A stretch of 64,000 nucleotides of DNA from Candidatus Fervidifonticultor sextus. Lineage in GTDB: Bacteria > Sysuimicrobiota > Sysuimicrobiia > Sysuimicrobiales > Humicultoraceae. The notes beneath the pieces were generated by a model, which worked only from the letters and a program-made list of their open reading frames with translations, was not told the DNA's origin and searched no databases. A program made the position numbers and the translations under genes. Shown here in pieces: positions 11,341-20,683 of this stretch; position 1 is the stretch's first letter, and each line of letters opens with the position of its first letter. The stretch is from contig JAVKHQ010000011.1 of NCBI GenBank assembly GCA_031459875.1, positions 1 to 64,000 of the forward strand. The letters are read 5' to 3'.

Positions 11341-12119
11341 AGCCGACGACCCTGATCGTGCTCAAGACCCCCGCCGACCTGGCCTGTATGCGGCGGGCTG
11401 GCCGGCTCGCGGCGAAGGCGCTCCGCAGGGTGGCCGACGCGGTGCGCCCCGGCATCAGGACCGCCGATCTGGATCGCCTCGCCGACGAATTCATCCGGGC
11501 CCGCGGCGGGGTCCCGTCGTTCAAGGGTTATCGTGGCTTTCCGGCCAGCATCTGTACCTCTGTCGACGATGAGGTCGTGCACGGCATCCCGGGGTCCCGG
11601 GTGTTGGAGGAAGGGTCCATCGTGTCCATCGACCTGGGCGTCTTCCTGGAGGGATTTCACGCCGACGTGGCCGTGACCGTCCCGGTCGGTGAGGTGGCGC
11701 CGGAGGTCCGGCGCCTGCTGACCGTCACCACCGCCGCGTTGGCCGCCGGCGTGGCCGCCGCCCGGCCGGGGGCGACGCTGGGCGATGTGTCCTGGGCGAT
11801 CCAGTCGGTGGTGGAGGCTGCCGGATTCTCCGCGGTGCGCGACTTCGCCGGGCACGGCGTCGGTCGGATGCTGCACGAGGACCCTCAGGTGCCCAATGTG
11901 GGCCGGCCGGGGACCGGCACGCGGCTGCAGCCGGGCATGACGCTCGCCATCGAGCCGATGGTCAACATGGGCAGCCCTGACGTCATGATGGACGGGGACG
12001 GGTGGACGGTCAGGACCCGCGACCGGAGCCTCTCCGCCCACGCCGAGCACACCGTGGCGATTACCCCCCAGGGGCCCGAGGTGCTCACTGGACTCGACGA
12101 CGCATCGGACGTATACTGA
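11337..12119 (+). CDS. map: Methionine aminopeptidase type I
   Basis: CTSVDDEVVHGIP, GHGVGRMLHEDP, AIEPMVN, SAHAEHT. Confidence 0.98.
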   Translation: MKPTTLIVLKTPADLACMRRAGRLAAKALRRVADAVRPGIRTADLDRLADEFIRARGGVPSFKGYRGFPASICTSVDDEVVHGIPGSRVLEEGSIVSIDLGVFLEGFHADVAVTVPVGEVAPEVRRLLTVTTAALAAGVAAARPGATLGDVSWAIQSVVEAAGFSAVRDFAGHGVGRMLHEDPQVPNVGRPGTGTRLQPGMTLAIEPMVNMGSPDVMMDGDGWTVRTRDRSLSAHAEHTVAITPQGPEVLTGLDDASDVY

Positions 12120-12437
12120 ATGGTTGTGGATGACGGGGTCAACCAGTCTACGGCCCTGGTCGGTATGGTGGTGACGTCCAGGGCGGGTCGCGATGCGGGA
12201 GATCGGTACGTGGTGGTGGGCGCGGCCGGGCACGACATGGTGCTCGTGGCCGACGGCCGCCGGCGCCAGGTCAGCCGCCCCAAGCGCAAGAACATCAAGC
12301 ACCTGGTGGTGCACGGGCCGGCCGGGCACCTGGCGGGTCGGCTCCGCGACGGCCAGGCCGTGACCGATGAGGAACTGCGCGCAATCCTCGGCGCCGAGGC
12401 CCCTGAGCGGCGGTCTGGAGCGGGAATGGGCGCATGA
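12120..12437 (+). CDS. KOW-domain RNA-binding protein (L14e-like)
   Basis: [13 protein letters not shown]...VADGRRR...PKRKNIKHL; usual position between map and infA; start uncertain. Confidence 0.85.
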   Translation: MVVDDGVNQSTALVGMVVTSRAGRDAGDRYVVVGAAGHDMVLVADGRRRQVSRPKRKNIKHLVVHGPAGHLAGRLRDGQAVTDEELRAILGAEAPERRSGAGMGA

Positions 12438-12652
12438 CCAAGCCGAACGCCATCGAGGTGGAAGGGACGGTCTCCGAGGTCCTGCCCAATGCCATGTTCC
12501 GCGTGACCCTGTCCAGCGGACACAAGGTGCTGGCGCACATCTCGGGCAAGATGAGGATTCACTTCATCCGGATCCTGCCCGGTGACCGGGTCAAGGTGGA
12601 GCTGTCCCCCTATGATCCGACCCGGGGCAGGATTACCTACCGGTACCGGTAG
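12434..12652 (+). CDS. infA: Translation initiation factor IF-1
   Basis: [15 protein letters not shown]...AHISGKMR...[12 protein letters not shown]. Confidence 0.99.
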   Translation: MTKPNAIEVEGTVSEVLPNAMFRVTLSSGHKVLAHISGKMRIHFIRILPGDRVKVELSPYDPTRGRITYRYR

Positions 12653-12672
12653 CGGGGAGGGAGCCAGGCGGC

Positions 12673-12786
12673 ATGAAGGTTCGGGCGTCGGTCCGCGTCA
12701 TGTGCGAGAAGTGCAAGATCGTCAAGCGGGGCCGGCGGGTGCTGGTCATCTGCGAGAACCCGAAACACAAGCAGAAGCAGGGCTAG
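12673..12786 (+). CDS. rpmJ: 50S ribosomal protein L36 (not in the ORF track)
   Basis: Manual translation: [37 protein letters not shown]. Confidence 0.98.
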   Translation: MKVRASVRVMCEKCKIVKRGRRVLVICENPKHKQKQG

Positions 12787-12796
12787 GAGGACATCG

Positions 12797-13198
12797 ATGG
12801 CCCGCATCGCCGGAGTGGATCTGCCACGTGACAAGCGCATCGAAGCCGCGCTGCCGTACATCTATGGGATCGGGCCCAGCCGGGCCCGCGAGATCTGCCG
12901 TGCCACCGGGGTGAACCCCGACACGCGGGTGCGGAACCTGGCCGAGGACGAGGTCACGCGCCTCCGGGAGTTCATCGAGCGGAACTACAAGGTCGAGGGC
13001 GACCTGCGCCGCGACGTCGCCATGGACATCCGCCGCCTGGTGGAGATCGGGGCCTACCGGGGGATCCGGCACAAGCGAGGCCTGCCGGTCCGCGGGCAGC
13101 GGACCCGGACCAACGCCCGGACCCGCAAGGGCCCCCGCAAGACCGTGGGCGTCCGCAAGCGGGTCGCGACGCCTGGCGGGGCGCCGTCCAAAGCCTGA
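12797..13198 (+). CDS. rpsM: 30S ribosomal protein S13
   Basis: [33 protein letters not shown]. Confidence 0.99.
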   Translation: MARIAGVDLPRDKRIEAALPYIYGIGPSRAREICRATGVNPDTRVRNLAEDEVTRLREFIERNYKVEGDLRRDVAMDIRRLVEIGAYRGIRHKRGLPVRGQRTRTNARTRKGPRKTVGVRKRVATPGGAPSKA

Positions 13199-13216
13199 TC
13201 AGGGGGATATGGATCC

Positions 13217-13600
13217 ATGGCCAAGCCGAGAGCACGCAGGCGTGAGCGCAAGAACGTCCCGGTGGGGACCGCCCACATCCGCTCGAGTTTCAACAACACG
13301 ATCGTGACCATCAGCGATCCCCAGGGCAACGTCATCGCCTGGGCCAGCGCCGGGACCGCCGGGTTCAAGGGGTCGCGCAAGGGCACCCCGTTCGCGGCCA
13401 GCGTGGCCGCCGAGACGGCGGCGCGAAAGGCCATGGAGCACGGTGTGCGGCAGGTCGAGGTGCTGGTGCGCGGGCCGGGCGCGGGGCGCGAAGCGGCCAT
13501 CCGGTCGCTGCAGTCCGCCGGGCTCGAGGTCAACCTGATCAAGGACGTCACCCCCGTGCCCCACAACGGCTGCCGGCCGCCCAAGCGGCGCCGGGTGTAG
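13217..13600 (+). CDS. rpsK: 30S ribosomal protein S11
   Basis: [40 protein letters not shown]. Confidence 0.99.
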   Translation: MAKPRARRRERKNVPVGTAHIRSSFNNTIVTISDPQGNVIAWASAGTAGFKGSRKGTPFAASVAAETAARKAMEHGVRQVEVLVRGPGAGREAAIRSLQSAGLEVNLIKDVTPVPHNGCRPPKRRRV

Positions 13601-13630
13601 GGCCGGGACAGGCGGATCGAGGAGGAACGG

Positions 13631-14260
13631 ATGGGACGGCATACAGGTTCGGTGTGTCGGCTGTGCAGGCGCGAAGGCATGAAGCTCTACCTCAAGGGCG
13701 AGAAGTGCTACACCGAGAAGTGCCCGGTGCAGAAGCGGCCGGCCCCGCCGGGGATGCACGGCGTCTCCCGTCGGAAGTTGAGTGAGTTCGGGGTGCGGTT
13801 GCGGGAGAAGCAGAAGCTCCGCCGCATCTACGGGGTGCAGGAGGCGCAGTTCAAGACCTACTTCCAGCGCGCCGCCAAGTCCAAGGGGGTGACCGGCACG
13901 CGCCTGTTGCAGCTGCTGGAGACGCGCCTGGACAACATCATCTACCGCCTGGGCCTGGCCGCCTCCCGGAAGGAGGCCCGCCAGATCGTGGCCCACGGCC
14001 ACGTGGCCGTGGACGGCCAGCGGGTGACGATCCCGTCCTACCAGGTCCGTCCCGGGCAGACCGTGGCGCCGGCGGATCCGGCGCACCCGCATCCGCGCAT
14101 GAAGGAGCTGGCCGAGACGGCCGCGGCCGGGCGGCGGCCGCCGTCGTGGCTGGAGGTCGACCAGGCGCGCATGAGCGCCCGCGTGCTGGCGCTCCCGTCG
14201 AGGGAAGAGGTCGACGTGCCCGTCGCCGAGCAACTGGTGGTGGAGTACTACTCCCGCTAG
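13631..14260 (+). CDS. rpsD: 30S ribosomal protein S4
   Basis: [44 protein letters not shown]. Confidence 0.99.
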   Translation: MGRHTGSVCRLCRREGMKLYLKGEKCYTEKCPVQKRPAPPGMHGVSRRKLSEFGVRLREKQKLRRIYGVQEAQFKTYFQRAAKSKGVTGTRLLQLLETRLDNIIYRLGLAASRKEARQIVAHGHVAVDGQRVTIPSYQVRPGQTVAPADPAHPHPRMKELAETAAAGRRPPSWLEVDQARMSARVLALPSREEVDVPVAEQLVVEYYSR

Positions 14261-14317
14261 AGGGGATCGGGAGTCGCGAATCGCGCAGCCCGGGTGGGCT
14301 GGGAGGGTAGTCCTGAG

Positions 14318-15280
14318 ATGGCCATTGGAACCCTGTGGGAAGCACCGACGCCGAAGGTGGAGTACGCGGAGCTATCCGACACCTACGGCAAGTTCGTCGT
14401 GGAACCGCTCGACCACGGATTCGGCGTGACGCTGGGCAACGCGCTGAGGCGGGTCCTGCTCTCGTCGATCTCGGGGGCGGCGGTGACGTCCATCAAGATC
14501 GATGGCGTGCTGCACGAGTTCTCGACGATTCCCGGCGTGGTGGAGGACGTCACGCAGATCGTCCTCAACTTGAAGGAGCTGACCCTGCGGCTGTACACCG
14601 ACAAGCCCAAACTCCTCCGCCTGGACGCCAAGGGCAAGAAGGACGTCACGGCGGCCGACATCCAGGAGGACCCGGAGGTCGAGATCCTCAACCGCGACCT
14701 GCACATCGCGACCCTGGACCGGAAGGACGCCCACCTCGCCATGGAGATCGTCGTCGAGCGGGGGAAGGGCTACGTGCCGGCCGAGAAGCACCGGCGCAGC
14801 GAGCATGTGATCGGGGTCATCCCCGTGGATTCGATCTTCTCGCCGATCCGCAAGGCCAACTTCACCGTGGAGGACACGCGGGTCGGGCACGCCACCGACC
14901 TGGACCGCCTGGTCCTCGAGGTCTGGACCGACGGCTCCGTGCGGCCGGAGGAGGCGCTCCAGGAGGCCGCCCGCCAGTTGATCGATCACTTCCGGCTCTT
15001 TTCGGGTATCGCGGACGAGACGGGGCAGGGCGTGCCGTTTGGCGTCCCCGAGGATCCCGACAAGGTGCGCCTGATGGCGATGCCCATCGAGGAGCTGGAC
15101 CTGACGGTGCGGCCGTACAACTGCCTGAAGCGGGCCGGCATCCACACCGTGGGCGACCTGATCAAGAAGACCGAGGACGAGATCGTGGCTGTCAAGAACT
15201 TTGGCCGCAAGTCGCTGGACGAGGTCAAGGAAAAGCTCGCCGCCCACGGCCTGTCGCTGCGGCAGCCGGAGCCGGCGTAG
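14318..15280 (+). CDS. rpoA: RNA polymerase subunit alpha
   Basis: VEPLDHGFGVTLGNALRRVLLSS, LHEFSTIPGV, CTD IEELDLTVRPYNCLKRAGI...NFGRKS. Confidence 0.99.
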   Translation: MAIGTLWEAPTPKVEYAELSDTYGKFVVEPLDHGFGVTLGNALRRVLLSSISGAAVTSIKIDGVLHEFSTIPGVVEDVTQIVLNLKELTLRLYTDKPKLLRLDAKGKKDVTAADIQEDPEVEILNRDLHIATLDRKDAHLAMEIVVERGKGYVPAEKHRRSEHVIGVIPVDSIFSPIRKANFTVEDTRVGHATDLDRLVLEVWTDGSVRPEEALQEAARQLIDHFRLFSGIADETGQGVPFGVPEDPDKVRLMAMPIEELDLTVRPYNCLKRAGIHTVGDLIKKTEDEIVAVKNFGRKSLDEVKEKLAAHGLSLRQPEPA

Positions 15281-15290
15281 GGGGCGCGCC

Positions 15291-15644
15291 ATGGGACTGG
15301 GAGCCAAGCGCCGCAGGCTGGGGCGGGATGAGGGCGAGCGCCGGGCATTGTTCCGCGATCTGGTCAGCGCCCTGATCCTCCACGAACGGGTCCAGACCAC
15401 CGACGCCAGGGCCAGGGAGACCAAGAAGATCGCCGACAGCCTGATCGCCTCGGCGATGGCCAACGACCTGCAGGCCCGCCGCCGGGTGCGGCGGCTCCTG
15501 ACCGACCGCCGGGTCGTCACCCGACTGTTCGCCGACATCGTGCCGCGCTACCAGCCCGGCCGCGGCGGCTACACGCGCGTGGTCAAACTCGGCACCCGCC
15601 GCGGGGACGCGGCCCCGATGGCCCTGGTCGAACTCGTCAAGTAG
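15291..15644 (+). CDS. rplQ: 50S ribosomal protein L17
   Basis: RLGR...RRALFRDL..ALILHERVQTT, GGYTRVVK..RRGDAAPMA. Confidence 0.98.
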   Translation: MGLGAKRRRLGRDEGERRALFRDLVSALILHERVQTTDARARETKKIADSLIASAMANDLQARRRVRRLLTDRRVVTRLFADIVPRYQPGRGGYTRVVKLGTRRGDAAPMALVELVK

Positions 15645-15658
15645 GGCGGCGGGGCCGC

Positions 15659-16525
15659 GTGCACGAGCCCTTCATCGAGGTCGCCGACCTCGAATTCGTC
15701 TACCATCCCAATACCCCGCAGGCCGTCCGCGCGCTGGACGGCCTGTCGTTGTCTGTCAGGACGGGTGAGTACGTTGGGATCGCGGGTGGCAACGGCTCCG
15801 GCAAGTCGACCCTGGCTCGGCACCTGAACGCCCTCCTGCAGCCGACTGCCGGCCGGGTCTGCGTGGGGGGCCTGGACACGCGGGACCGCAACGCGGTCTG
15901 GACGATCCGCCGGCAGGTCGGCATGGTCTTCCAGAACCCCGACAACCAGTTGGTGGCCACGGTCGTGGAAGAAGACGTGGCCTTCGGACCTGAGAACCTG
16001 GGCCTGCCGCCAGCCCTGATCCGGGAGCGGGTGAACTGGGCCCTCGAGGCGGTCGGCCTGGGGGCGCAGCGCCGCGCGGCGCCGCACCTGCTCTCCGGAG
16101 GGCAGAAGCAGCGGGTGGCCATCGCCGGGGTGCTGGCCATGCGGCCGGCCTGCATCGTGCTGGACGAAGCGACGACCATGCTGGACCCGGAGGGCCGGGC
16201 GGAGGTCCTGGCCACGGTGCGAGCGCTCAACCGCCGCGAAGGCATCACCGTCATCCTCATCTCGCACACCATGGAGGACCTCGTCGACGCCCATCGCGTC
16301 GTCGTCCTGGATGCCGGCCGTCTGGTGGCCGACGGCCCGCCCGGGGAGGTCTTCGACCGCATCGAGGAACTTCCAGGGCACCGGCTCGATCCCCCTCCCG
16401 TGGCACAGCTGGCGCGGTGGCTGCGGTCCGACGGTCTGCCGCTCCCGCGCGGCCTGTATACGGTGGACGACCTGGTGGAGGCGCTGGCGGCCCTGGCCGG
16501 GGCCGGCGTGCGGCCAGATGGCTGA
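15659..16525 (+). CDS. ecfA1: ECF transporter ATPase A1
   Basis: Walker A GGNGSGKST, FQNPDNQ, LSGGQKQRVAIAG, LDEAT. Confidence 0.93.
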   Translation: MHEPFIEVADLEFVYHPNTPQAVRALDGLSLSVRTGEYVGIAGGNGSGKSTLARHLNALLQPTAGRVCVGGLDTRDRNAVWTIRRQVGMVFQNPDNQLVATVVEEDVAFGPENLGLPPALIRERVNWALEAVGLGAQRRAAPHLLSGGQKQRVAIAGVLAMRPACIVLDEATTMLDPEGRAEVLATVRALNRREGITVILISHTMEDLVDAHRVVVLDAGRLVADGPPGEVFDRIEELPGHRLDPPPVAQLARWLRSDGLPLPRGLYTVDDLVEALAALAGAGVRPDG

Positions 16526-17390
16526 GCCGCTCATCGACTGCCAGGACGTGGCGCACACGTATCTGCGCGGCACACCCATGGCCCAAGACGCGCTGCGCGG
16601 CGTGACGCTCCAGATCCGCGTCGGCGACCTGGTCGGCATCATCGGGCCGACCGGGTCGGGCAAGTCCACGCTGATCCAGCACTTCAACGGACTGCTTCGG
16701 CCGACCCGAGGCATCGTGCGCATCGCCGGGGAAGACCTCTGGGACCCGCGGACCGACCGCCGGCGGGTGCGGCAGCGCATCGGGCTGGTCTTCCAGTTCC
16801 CCGAGTACCAGCTCTTCGAGGAGACCGTGCGCGACGACGTGGCCTACGGCCCGCGCAACCTGGGGCTCCCCGAGGACGAGGTGAGCGCGCGGGTGGACGA
16901 CGCCCTGCGCGCGGTCGGGTTGGACCCCGGGAGATTCGGGCCGCGCTCGCCGTTCTCGCTCTCGGGAGGTGAGATGCGGCGGGTGGCCCTGGCCGGGATC
17001 CTGGCGATGCGGCCGGAGGTCCTGGTCCTGGACGAGCCGGCCGCCGGGCTCGACCCGAGGGGCAAAGCAGATCTCCTCGACCGGATCGAACGGCTGCACC
17101 GCTCTGGCCTCACGGTGATCCTGGTCACCCACAGCATGGACGAAGTCGCGCGTCTGGCCCGCCGGATCGTGGTGATGCACGGCGGCCGGGTGGTGGCCGA
17201 CGGCAGCCCCCGCGAGATCTTCGCACGGGAGGAGGAGGTGCGGCACATCGGACTCCGGCTTCCCCAGGCCGCCGAGCTGGTGCGCCGGCTCCGGCAGCGC
17301 GGGCTCGCCGTCCCTGACGCGCTGACCATCGCCGAGGCCCGGGTGGCGATCCGGGCCGCCATCCGGGAGGGCAGCCGTGGGACTGTCTAG
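16518..17390 (+). CDS. ecfA2: ECF transporter ATPase A2
   Basis: GPTGSGKST, FQFPEYQLFEETV, SPFSLSGGEMRRVALAG. Confidence 0.93.
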   Translation: MAEPLIDCQDVAHTYLRGTPMAQDALRGVTLQIRVGDLVGIIGPTGSGKSTLIQHFNGLLRPTRGIVRIAGEDLWDPRTDRRRVRQRIGLVFQFPEYQLFEETVRDDVAYGPRNLGLPEDEVSARVDDALRAVGLDPGRFGPRSPFSLSGGEMRRVALAGILAMRPEVLVLDEPAAGLDPRGKADLLDRIERLHRSGLTVILVTHSMDEVARLARRIVVMHGGRVVADGSPREIFAREEEVRHIGLRLPQAAELVRRLRQRGLAVPDALTIAEARVAIRAAIREGSRGTV

Positions 17391-18189
17391 CGCTGTTCCC
17401 ATCGGCCAGTACCTGCCGCGGCCGTCGCCCCTGCACCGGCTGGATCCGCGCACCAAGATCCTGGCGGCCACCTGGCTCGTGGTGCTCCTCTTCGTGGTCC
17501 CCTCGTTTTCGGGCCAGGGCCTGTTTGCCCTGGGCCTGCTGGCGCTCCTGGTGGCAGGCCAGATCCCGCTCGGCTACGCGCTGCGCGGACTGCGGCCCAT
17601 CGTCATCCTGGTGGGACTGACGGTCGTCCTCAACATCTTCTTCGCCGGGGGTGGGCCGGACGGCGGCCGGGTGTTGTTCCACCTCGGGCCGCTGGTGGCG
17701 ACGGAGAGGGGCCTGCTCACCGGCCTGTTCCTCGGCGTGCGGCTGGTCCTCCTGGTGGCCGTCACGTCGCTGCTCACGCTGACGACGTCGCCGATCGAAT
17801 TCACCGACGGCCTGGAGCGACTGCTGCGGCCGCTGAGGCGGATCGGCGTCCCGGCCCACGAACTGGCCATGATGATGACCATCGCGCTGCGGTTCGTCCC
17901 GACGCTGCTGGACGAGACCGAGAAGATCATGAAGGCCCAGATGGCGCGCGGCGCCGACTTCGGCCGCGGCCACGTGCTCCAGCGGGCGCGGGCGTTCGTC
18001 CCGGTGCTGGTGCCGCTGCTGGTCAGTGCCTTCCGGCGCTCGGAGGACCTGGCGCTGGCCATGGAGGCCCGGTGCTACCAGGGCGGGGAGGGCCGCACGC
18101 GGATGAACGAACTGCGCTGGCGCGCCGCCGACGCCGCCGCGGCCATCGTGGTAGCTGCCGCCTCGCTCGCCCTGCTCCGCGTGCGGTAG
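17377..18189 (+). CDS. ecfT: ECF transporter transmembrane component T
   Basis: LHRLDPRTK, IALRFVPTL, AQMARG, AMEARCY. Confidence 0.93.
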   Translation: MGLSSAVPIGQYLPRPSPLHRLDPRTKILAATWLVVLLFVVPSFSGQGLFALGLLALLVAGQIPLGYALRGLRPIVILVGLTVVLNIFFAGGGPDGGRVLFHLGPLVATERGLLTGLFLGVRLVLLVAVTSLLTLTTSPIEFTDGLERLLRPLRRIGVPAHELAMMMTIALRFVPTLLDETEKIMKAQMARGADFGRGHVLQRARAFVPVLVPLLVSAFRRSEDLALAMEARCYQGGEGRTRMNELRWRAADAAAAIVVAAASLALLRVR

Positions 18190-18195
18190 CGATCC

Positions 18196-18972
18196 ATGCG
18201 CCGCGTGGCCCTCGTCCTGGAGTACGAGGGGACCTCGTACGCCGGGTGGCAGCGGCAGCCGCAGGCCCCCACGGTCCAGGCCGCGGTCGAGGACGCCCTG
18301 GCGCGCCTCGTGCAGGCGCCGTGCCGGGTCGTCGGCTCCGGCCGGACCGACGCCGGCGTGCACGCGCTCGGCCAGGTGGCCCACGCTGACCTCGACACCG
18401 GGTTGTCGGTCCGCCAGATCCGCGACGGGCTGAACGCGCTGCTCCCCCCGGATGTCGCCGTCCGCGCGGTCTGCGACGTCGCGTCGGACTTCCATGCCCG
18501 CCGCGATGCGCGGGGGCGCGTCTACCGGTACCTGATCCTGGCCCGGCCGCACCCTTCGGCCCTGCTGCGCCGCTACGCGCATCACGTGCCCGACCCGCTG
18601 AATCTGTCGGCGATGGCCTCCGCGGCCGCGGCGCTGCTCGGCCGGCACGACTTCGCCGCCTTCCGCATCACCGGGACGCCGACGGCAACCACGATCTGCC
18701 ACGTGCGGGCACTGCGGATCACCTCACGCGGCCCGCTGCTGGTCGTCACGGTGGCCGCCGACCGGTTCCTCCGCCAGATGGTCAGGCGGATGGTCGGGTC
18801 CCTGCTGCTGGTGGGACGCGGCCGCCTGCCGGCAGACGCGATCGCGCCGATCCTGGCGTCGAGGGATCCTCAGCGGGCCGGTCCGGCTGCGCCCGCCTGC
18901 GGCCTGTACCTGGTGCGCGTCGTCTATCCACCGGATCGCCTCCGGGTCGTCCCCGAAGACCCTGTGCTATAA
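18196..18972 (+). CDS. truA: tRNA pseudouridine(38-40) synthase
   Basis: YEGTSYAGWQRQ, GSGRTDAGVHALGQV, FLRQMVR, APACGLYL. Confidence 0.97.
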   Translation: MRRVALVLEYEGTSYAGWQRQPQAPTVQAAVEDALARLVQAPCRVVGSGRTDAGVHALGQVAHADLDTGLSVRQIRDGLNALLPPDVAVRAVCDVASDFHARRDARGRVYRYLILARPHPSALLRRYAHHVPDPLNLSAMASAAAALLGRHDFAAFRITGTPTATTICHVRALRITSRGPLLVVTVAADRFLRQMVRRMVGSLLLVGRGRLPADAIAPILASRDPQRAGPAAPACGLYLVRVVYPPDRLRVVPEDPVL

Positions 18973-18973
18973 T
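18965..18973 (+). promoter_or_regulatory. Extended -10 promoter (TGcTATAAT) for the tRNA and probably ireB-murA
   Basis: TGCTATAAT overlaps the truA stop codon, 8 nt upstream of the tRNA 5' end. Confidence 0.75.
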
Positions 18974-18981
18974 CGTCGCGC

Positions 18982-19057
18982 GGGCCCGTAGCTCAAGTGG
19001 TAGAGCAGCGCCCTCATAAGGCGCCGGTTCCTGGATCGAAGCCAGGCGGGCCCACCA
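18982..19057 (+). tRNA. tRNA with CAT anticodon, probably tRNA-Ile2 (lysidine type)
   Basis: Cloverleaf GGGCCCG/CGGGCCC, anticodon arm GCGCC-CTCATAA-GGCGC, encoded CCA; G1-C72 argues against fMet; C4-G69 and C5-G68 pairs as in Ile2. Confidence 0.9.
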
Positions 19058-19101
19058 GCGGTCTGCCTGGCTGGCAAAGTGTGGGGCTGGAGGTGAGGGT
19101 G

Positions 19102-19374
19102 GTGGACGACCGAGAGCGGACCGGCGTCTTCGAGTTCGGCGAGGTGACCGCCCGGGGCGTGCAGGACATCTTGAGCTACGTGTACCGGCGGTTGGAAGAG
19201 CGGGGTTACAACCCCGTGGATCAGATCGTCGGGTATCTCCTGTCCGGAGATCCCACGTACATCACCAGCCACGGTGATGCGCGCAAGGTCATCCGTCAGG
19301 TGGACCGGTTGGCGCTGATGGAAGAACTGGTCCAGGCCTACGTGGAGACCCGGCTGCGCGCCACCACGCCGTAG
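19102..19374 (+). CDS. ireB: IreB/ReoM family regulatory phosphoprotein (UPF0297)
   Basis: LEERGYNPVDQIVGYLLSGDPTYITSHGDARKVIRQVDR..LMEELV; SD GGAGGTGA before GTG. Confidence 0.9.
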   Translation: MDDRERTGVFEFGEVTARGVQDILSYVYRRLEERGYNPVDQIVGYLLSGDPTYITSHGDARKVIRQVDRLALMEELVQAYVETRLRATTP

Positions 19375-19408
19375 CAGCAGACGTCGCAGGCCGGTCAGGA
19401 GGGCTGCG

Positions 19409-20683
19409 GTGAGCAGGCTCATCATCACAGGCGGCCGCCGCCTGCGCGGGGCGGTCCGGGTCGCCGGAGGGAAGAACAGCTCGCTCGCCGTGATCGCCGC
19501 CGCCGCCCTGGCCGCCGATATTTCCGTCCTCGAGAACGTACCCGACTGCCGGGATGTCGCCACGTTGGTCGCGATCCTCGAAGCCCTCGGCGCCCGCATC
19601 ACCCGGACGGCGGGCCGCCTGACCATCGACGCCCGGACGCTGGTCGGCCACGTGGCGCCCTACGACCTGTGCCGGACCATGCGGGCTTCCTTCTACGCTG
19701 CGGGGGTCCTGCTGGGCCGCATGGGGAAGGCGCAGGTTCCGCTCCCGGGGGGGTGCTCGATCGGCGCGCGGCCGGTGGACTTCCACCTCCGCGGGTTTTC
19801 CACGCTGGGGGCGAAGGTGGTCACCGAGCACGGCTACATGAAGGCCTCCGCGCGGCGGCTGCGGGGCGCGCCGTTCTACGTGCCGCGGAGCAGCGTCGGG
19901 ACCACCATCAACCTCATGATGGCGGCCAGCACAGCCCGCGGCACCACGGTCCTGCAGAACGCCGCCCGCGAGCCCGAGGTGGTGGACTGCGCGGTCTTTC
20001 TCAACCTCATGGGCGCCAGGATCCGGGGAGCCGGCACCGATACCATCACCATCGAAGGCGTGCGCGCCCTCCACGGCCACACCTATACCATCATCCCCGA
20101 CCGGCTGGAAGCGGGGACCTACCTGCTGGCCGGTGCGGCTACCGGCGGCGACGTCCTGGTCGAGGGCATGATCCCCGAACACCTCACGGCGCTGCTGACC
20201 AAGCTCGCGGAAGCCGGCGTGGAGGTTGTCCGCGACACCGACGGCGTCCGGGTGCGGGGCGGAGGCGAGCTCCGGGCCGTGGACATCGACACTGCCCCGT
20301 ATCCCGGTTTCTCGACCGACCTGCACCCCCAGATGGCTGCCCTCCTCACCACGGCGCGCGGGGTCTCCAAGATCCGCGAGACGATCTTCGAAGCCCGGTT
20401 CGCCTACACCGATGAACTCCGGCGCATGGGCGCCGACATCACGGTGGACGGCGATACCGTCCATGTCACCGGTGTCCCGCGCCTGACCGGGGCGCCGGTG
20501 GAAGCGCCGGACATCCGCGGCGGCGCGGCGGTGGTGATCGCGGCCCTGGCAGCCGAAGGCAACACCGAGATCTCCAATCTGGAGAACATCGACCGGGGGT
20601 ACGAGGGGCTGGAGCGCAAGCTGGCGCTGCTGGGCGCCCGTCTGGTCCGGGACGGGGCCGCCGGGGCCCGCGACGTCGGCTAG
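19409..20683 (+). CDS. murA: UDP-N-acetylglucosamine 1-carboxyvinyltransferase
   Basis: [47 protein letters not shown]. Confidence 0.98.
   Translation: MSRLIITGGRRLRGAVRVAGGKNSSLAVIAAAALAADISVLENVPDCRDVATLVAILEALGARITRTAGRLTIDARTLVGHVAPYDLCRTMRASFYAAGVLLGRMGKAQVPLPGGCSIGARPVDFHLRGFSTLGAKVVTEHGYMKASARRLRGAPFYVPRSSVGTTINLMMAASTARGTTVLQNAAREPEVVDCAVFLNLMGARIRGAGTDTITIEGVRALHGHTYTIIPDRLEAGTYLLAGAATGGDVLVEGMIPEHLTALLTKLAEAGVEVVRDTDGVRVRGGGELRAVDIDTAPYPGFSTDLHPQMAALLTTARGVSKIRETIFEARFAYTDELRRMGADITVDGDTVHVTGVPRLTGAPVEAPDIRGGAAVVIAALAAEGNTEISNLENIDRGYEGLERKLALLGARLVRDGAAGARDVG

Noticed and set aside
18997..19101. N-terminal extension of the ireB ORF
   Set aside because: It overlaps the tRNA; the SD and family alignment support a start at about 19102.
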